A DNA stretch of 64,000 bases, from assembly GCA_951406725.2 (NCBI GenBank), contig OX597820.1, forward strand, positions 67,766,001-67,830,000, in the 5' to 3' direction. Source of the DNA: Octopus vulgaris (Eukaryota). This document shows, one piece after another, positions 56,747 through 64,000 of this stretch. Each line of letters opens with the position of its first letter. Position 1 is the first letter of the stretch. The notes beneath the pieces are model-generated. The model was not told the origin of the DNA. It saw only the letters and a program-made list of their open reading frames with translations, and made no database searches. The position numbers and the translations under genes were made by a program.

Positions 56747-56972
56747 CTGTAATCTCTCGACTATCGCGGGTATTACGTTCCAAAACGCCTCGCGATAAGT
56801 GAAAATCCGCTAAGTAGAAACAGTACTGTACTGTATATATATATATTTTTTTATTTTTATAATTTGTAAATATTCATTTTATTACAAATGCAAAACAACA
56901 CCACAGTAGAATCAACGTAAGCTTAAATAATAAACCGCGATATGTGAGTCACGATATGGCGAGGGATTACTG
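56747..56972 (+). mobile_element. pogo/Tigger-like MITE with TIRs and TA TSD
   Basis: TA-ctgtaatctctcg ... cgagggattactg-TA, with internal cgcgata repeats. Confidence 0.8.
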
Positions 56973-58990
56973 TAGCGGCAAAAACATAATGGTATAAAGA
57001 ATTTCCAGCTGTGATTATACTTTCTTTCTCATGTATTGTGTACCTATGACTACATTATCCAACTGTTCCATTTTTTAAAAAGACACTAAAATGTGATTTA
57101 AAAGTGGTTTGGCTGCTATTTCTAATCTGTGAAGCAATGATTTAGATGCTCCCTATTAAGGTTCAATTCATTTGGTATAAGTATGTATAGAAAAATGACA
57201 AAATATTTAATCTTTTTTGCACACATACTTCGCAACAAATTAGTTGCTTAATACTCAAAAATATTTTATTGATGTTTTTATTTAATGTTATATAAAACTC
57301 AGAAGTTACTAAATAAAGATAAACATTAGTTATTGCAATTATGAAGTGAAACTAAGTTGATGGTATTTAAAAAAAATTAATTTATGTAAAAATGCATCAT
57401 TATAAAAGCGTAAATTCACATTCTCCGTTTTGAAGGATGATGGTAACATATTTGTAAAATTTAGTTTAATAAGACTAACTAATACTATAGAATAACATTA
57501 AATATATGTAATAGCTAGAAAAAATATTAGTGTTAATATACAGCTTAAGCATCTCCAAACATATTTCCATATGATAAGAACTTAACTACAAAACTAGCAT
57601 TGCATCGAGTTCTTAACTTTTATTGAATCATGAATCGGTATGTCAAGAAAATTGTACTTCATAAACATTTTCCCTCTAACTGTTTGCAATAATAATTTTT
57701 CTCAAAATATATTTATTTATTTATTTTTTTGATGTCAGAATTATATTTAAAAAAATATATATATCACGACAACAGAGAAATTCCAGTCATCGTAAAAACC
57801 ATTGTGTTCTGTCTATATCTGGGAGTGTTGTTCAGTGTTTTTTTGACACCCGCATTAACAAGAAGTGGGTCATTTATGTCCCGGAAACGAGAGGTTCTAA
57901 CTGGCTGTAGGGTAGCTGTTCCACTTGCTAGCATCATCAGTCAGTCGGATTGCGGGTTAAATGATTCTCTATTTCTGGAGCTGACAGTTCTCTACCAAAG
58001 CTCAATTCATCGCTCTCATTTACAGATGGCGCCAAAGGCTTCATCTCTCAACAGCTCTGTCGTAAAGACGATCTCGAAGACACTGTAACGCCCCATCCAG
58101 CTATCGCTGTTACAGAGATCATTCGCAAACTCAAGAAAGATGTAAGCTGCAAGCAAAGTCTTCACCATTCGCTCGCCCCAAGTAATCCAAGGTTACTTAA
58201 AATTGTCAATGAGAAGCTGGTAAGTGTGTTAGTGTCAGCGCATTCTTGTGAGAATTAAAGTGTAGAAAGTACAGGTGGAATTAGATAGACAAACTCGCAG
58301 ACCAGCGTAACACGGAGTTCCAGAAGCGATTCGATGTATATTTTTTTTTAATGTCTTGTTCAAACAAACAATGTGAACATCTTATGTAGATGATAATAAT
58401 TATTAAAAATATAAAAAAGAAACCTCTTGGCAAGTAGTTCTTGGATAAAATATGAAGTGATATTGAAATTGCTAAATAACTTAAAGGCATAAACTGATTT
58501 CCGAAATTAAAAGGTTACTAACGCGGTGCTCTTTGGCGATTAGTAATTACGGTGGGAATAAGAAAATGTGCCATTTTTGTCACTGAAATTTTGTTACTCG
58601 GAGCCATTCGTGCTTGACATTCCCTTCACAGATGACAATATTGTTCGGACAAATTAAATACATGAGATTATCACTCCAAATAAGGAATTCTTTCGGAATA
58701 TTTCGAACATTATACAGATTAATGCAGAATTATTACAACCTCGACGAAATTACTCAAATTACGAAGAGGGTAATTCAGAGGATAAATAGTTATAATTAAA
58801 ACAATATTTTTTTTAATATTCATTTCAGTATTTATGGGTTTTTATTTACTTTCACAAAAATATTTCCCAGATAAGATATTAGAAATTATACATTCATTAA
58901 TACATGTAAGCACACATAGATGCTTACAAATAAGCACATGTATGTTAAAGAGTGTATGTATGTATGTATGTATGTATGTATGTATGTATG

Positions 58991-59021
<31 letters not shown>

Positions 59022-59033
59022 TGTATTTGGCTG

Positions 59034-59205
<172 letters not shown>

Positions 59206-59311
59206 ACTATACGTATGTGTATAAATATATATTGATATACAAGTACATATCCATTAATATACATATATGTATACATGCAAACGTATATACATAAATATAT
59301 ATGTATGAAGT

Positions 59312-59360
<49 letters not shown>

Positions 59361-59525
59361 TATGTATATGTATTTACGTATACACACACATACATATATG
59401 ATAGGTGCAATTATATGGCTTCTGTACAGTTTCGCCAATCAAATTACTCGTAGAAAATATGGAAGATGTTTTAAGTAGAAGGTTCTGTATAATGACATTG
59501 AACCAAGATCTAGTCTTCAAAGAGA

Positions 59526-59592
<67 letters not shown>

Positions 59593-59673
59593 TATATGTA
59601 TGTGTGTGTTTTGCATATATATATATTTATATATTTATATGTATACACATACGTATGCGCGTGCACACACACA

Positions 59674-59734
<61 letters not shown>

Positions 59735-60233
59735 GTATATGTATCCGTAGATATAGATATGCATACACGCAGAAATGTATATGATTTGTGTGTATATATG
59801 TATATATGAATAGCTGAATTCTACAACGCAGCAAACACAAATGGTGTTGAAAGAAGCATGTTATACATACATATATTCATACACACATGCATACAGACAA
59901 ACGTACATATACATATATACATACGTACATATTTATATACAAGCATATGTGTGTATGCCTCGGAGTGTGTAATCTATAAAGAGATATATATGTACTTATG
60001 TATATATATTTATATGTACGTATGTGCATGTGCGTGTGTGTGTGTGTGTCTCTGTGTGCGCGTGCATGAATATTTCGAAATCAGTGTTGATTCAGTTGAC
60101 ATAGAAGCTAAAGCATTTAACAGGTCTTCAGTTTTTAACTGTTATGTTATTTTATCAAACTCAAAAACAAAATGTACAGTCTGTCGTTGTGAACTTGAAT
60201 CGTAAATGAAGGGTAACTAAATACCACAATATT

Positions 60234-60449
60234 CTTTTCTACTATAGGTACAAGGCACGAAATTCTGAGCGGAGGTGGCCAGTCGACTAGATCGACCCCC
60301 AGTACGCAACTGGCACTTAATTTATTAACCCTGAAACTTTGAAAGGCAAAGTTGACCTCGGCGGAATTTGAACTCAGAACCTAAAGGCAGACGAAATACC
60401 TCTAAGTATTTTGCCCGGCTTGCTAACGTTTGTATCAGGTCGCTGCCTT
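60234..60449 (-). mobile_element. SINE family B monomer with 14-bp TSD
   Basis: aataccacaatatt at 60220-60233 and 60453-60466. Confidence 0.85.
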
Positions 60450-60758
60450 CTGAATACCACAATATTTCAACCACAATAATTTACTTGTGTTTATTATATG
60501 AGGAAACATAGGTAACACGAATTTGTTCCTAAATCTACAAAATTAGAAAGATTTTCCTCGCAGCTGACCTCAAGATTTTCATGATGGAAATTTATATTAA
60601 ATAATGCATTTCTAGATAAACATTCCTAAAAATCAATTACGTGGTCATGTAACCTCAGTGGCTTCGATTATGGGTCTGTCTTGATCAGTGTTAACATGCT
60701 GATGCAATAAATAAATAAATAAATAAATAACAATTATTTATAACATCGTTATTTATAT

Positions 60759-60894
60759 AGGCGCAGGAGTGGCTGTGTGGTAAGTAACTTGCTTACCAAC
60801 CACATGGTACTGGGTTCAATCCCACTGCGTGGCACCTTGGGCCGACCATAGCCTTGTGAGTGGATTTGGCAGATGGAAACTGAAAGAAGCCCGT

Positions 60895-60949
<55 letters not shown>

Positions 60950-61160
60950 GTATGTATATGTTTGTGTGTCTGTGTTTGTCCACCCCAACATCGCTTGACT
61001 ACCGATGCTGGTGTGTTTACGTCTCTGTCACTTAGCGGTTCGGCAAAAATACCGATAGAATAAGTACTAGGCTTACAAAGAATAAGTCCTGGGGTTGATT
61101 TGCTCGACTAAAGGCGGTGCTCCAGAATGGCCGCAGTCAAATGACTGAAACGAATAAAAA
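60759..61160 (+). mobile_element. SINE family A, near full length
   Basis: ggcgcaggagtggctgtgtggtaag...gggttcaatccc (A/B boxes) through to gactgaaacgaataaaa. Confidence 0.9.
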
Positions 61161-61649
61161 AATTTTTAAAAATTGTATTTTTGAGGATATACTAATTATG
61201 CGAATTAAAACTAATTTATACTACCCATGTGAAGTAAAAAAAATATTTTCATGAATTCACATGATCCAAGGTTCTCTGTTCATAAAGAAAAAAAAACAGG
61301 TTGGTCACAAATTGAATTCTTTTTATGAGAGGTTTGTTGAATTAAGACAATAACAACCACAACAACAACGCTTCTGCTAGCTCACTACCTCAAAAGCATG
61401 ACTAAACGGTACCAGTTAGTCTGTACTAACTCATTAACAAGACAATTTTCTTTCAAGTTACTTGAATTTTGTACTTGTAATGAAAATATTAGAACTGCCG
61501 CTCAACCTGTGGGATTTTAGTACCGAGACGAGTAGGGCACCTATGCATAACAGTGATTATGGGATTGAATATATTACAGAATTGATTTTCATCTTTTTAT
61601 ATTCACATCTCGTCGAAACCGGCGTTCCATACGTCAAGGGTCTATCTCT

Positions 61650-61885
61650 TTTACTTTTTTACTCTTTTACTTGTTTCAATCATTTGACTGTGGCCTTGCT
61701 AGAGCACCGCCTTTAGTTGAGCAAATCGACCCCGGGACTTATTCTTTGTAAGCCTAGTACTTATTCTATCGGTCTCTTTGGCCGAACGGTAAAGTTACGG
61801 GGACATAAACACACCAATATCGGTCGTCAAGCGATGGTGGGGGGGACAAACACAGATACACACACACACACACACACACACACAC
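61650..61885 (-). mobile_element. SINE family A, 3' half
   Basis: Runs from the tail to the internal (CA)n tract, where similarity stops. Confidence 0.8.
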
Positions 61886-62667
61886 TGAGCCATTGCACCT
61901 CCACCGTTCAAGTTTAATGAAAGCGTAATAAAACATAGTTCACTGAGCGATTTTAACTCATTAAACGGATGCGTAACTCCATTGAGAATTTTACAGCATT
62001 CCGAAATTCTAATAGCAACAAAAATTATATGTAAAATGTTTCGTTAGAATTGTTTTGATTTTTTCGTCTAATTCCGTATTTGCTGTGATTATATTCGGAT
62101 TAAGATTAAACTCACAAACATTTATTTTATAGTATTAATAAGTGGGCTATGCATTGTACCATCAAAGTTTTGAAGATGAACATTCTAAATAATATTCTAC
62201 TTGTGATGCCTAATATTATCATTTGAATTGAACATTGGCCTACAAAACGCTTGTGAATTATTAATGACCCGTAGGGACACCGTATTTCGTTATGCAAACA
62301 TAAAATATTACAAAATATATTAATCGCTTTCATAAGTCAATATTGTGTTCTACTGTGTTAGCAGTGCTCTAACATCACTTGTTAAGGTTGTCTCTACAGA
62401 TTTTCTATAGAAATTATACCCAGCACTGATATTGTTCGGATTTGAAACGTCGTAAAAAAAATCGGTTCTGGCTGTAATTTCTTTGAAAATCTGTTGAGAT
62501 AATCTTAACAAGCTTGTGAATTATGTAACCATTTTTCGCTGCATCGGTTCATGGTACGAATTTAAAGCTAGTTCAAAAAAAAAATCTGACCACAACACTG
62601 TTTTATTAATCAATGGAAGAGCACATTGTTTGTGGATGGATATGGACGTCGATTATTCAATCTCAAA

Positions 62668-62884
62668 AAGGCGGCGAGCTGGCAGAGTTGTGAGCGCGCT
62701 GGGCGAAATGCTTAGCCGTATTTCGCCCATCACTACGTTCTGAGTTCAAAATTTCGCCGTGGTCGACTTTGTCTTTCATTCTTTCTGGGTCAATAAATTA
62801 AGTACCAGTTGAGTGCTGGGGTCGGTGTAATCGACTCTCCTCCGCCTCCTCTAAATTTCAGGCCTTGTGCTTATAGTAGAAAGG
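62668..62884 (+). mobile_element. SINE family B monomer with imperfect TSD
   Basis: gattattcaa(t/c)ctcaaa flanks both ends. Confidence 0.85.
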
Positions 62885-63835
62885 ATTATTCAACCTCAAA
62901 GGCTGATTTCTACGTAATATTGATTTTTACGTTAAATATTGTAATAAACAGTCATAATAAAATATCCACACCGAAAATTTTACAGAAATAAATAAATAAA
63001 ATTAAAATTTTCAGTAAACAGACAGATATAAGACATGTTTAATGACATATCAGGAGTAAAAAGTGTAAAGTAATAAAATATATAATGAAAAGCTCTTTTC
63101 AAATATTTAAAATATATTTCACCAGAATTTTTTAATACAAAATTGCTCATATTTTAAAAATTCATTGTTCTATTTGCAATAATGTTTTCATTTGTATAAA
63201 TATATTTGTTCGTTATTTCATTATTAATTTAAAAAATTTTTTCAAAAAAAAAAAAATTTCAATTAGAGCATTTATCATTTTTGAATTTTAGGAATGTTTA
63301 TATTCCAGTCATTGTTATTTTCTTTTAATTACAGATTAATTATAAAGAAGAGACGAAAAGATTACACCAACGTAAAATAACAACTAAATATTAAAACCAC
63401 AAATATCAAATGAAAATGATACATCGAAGACACACAGACTATACAACATTCTAATTTTTTTTGCACTCCCTTCCTCTTTTTGCACAAGATAATTATAGGA
63501 TTTAAGAAATTATGTGTTATTTAGTTTAAAAAGCAAGCGGAGTGAGACATCATAATTGCCAGGCGAGAACGATTTGGACAGTTAATTTCTAGTTTGTTAT
63601 CAAACATGAAAGTTCCTTTAACTTTTATATAACCGAGAACATACACAAAGAAATCATGTAATACAATTTTAAGCAATCACTTTCCCGCCACCCCCAAACT
63701 TTCAGCTGTTTATTTTCGTCCAGTAGGATACCAGCCACAATTATTTATACATTTCTCCTTCTATCTTTTTCGTCATGCAGACATACATACATGCATGCGT
63801 ACATACATACATATATACATACATATATACATACA

Positions 63836-63897
<62 letters not shown>

Positions 63898-63964
63898 CAT
63901 ATATATAAAAATACACACACACAAACATCTATCAATCTATTTTATATATGTAACTATATACGTA

Positions 63965-64000
<36 letters not shown>

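Overview
AT-rich, microsatellite-saturated eukaryotic DNA that is intergenic or intronic. The tRNA-derived SINE families and (TA)n/(CA)n/(TATC)n/(TACA)n tracts suggest an octopus genome (inference from repeat content). The only intact coding unit is a CR1-group LINE at ~6201-10233. It has a 5'-truncated ORF1 with two CCCH zinc fingers and an upstream in-frame polyQ, and an uninterrupted 1005-aa APE-endonuclease/reverse-transcriptase ORF2. The ORF1/ORF2 overlap zone holds two canonical -1 frameshift heptamers (UUUUUUA, AAAAAAC) in the correct phase, suggesting a gag-pol-like ORF1-ORF2 fusion. The window also has several type I hammerhead ribozyme motifs in Penelope-like repeats: one canonical, two inside a 222-bp near-perfect palindrome, and a tandem pair with a variant core. 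Other content: three decayed Tc1/mariner transposons, RTE and R4/Dong-like LINE relics, MITEs, many SINEs, and a few repeat-free islands with splice-site-like signals. Nearly all short ORFs in the supplied track are microsatellite translations. Coordinates of degraded repeats are approximate.
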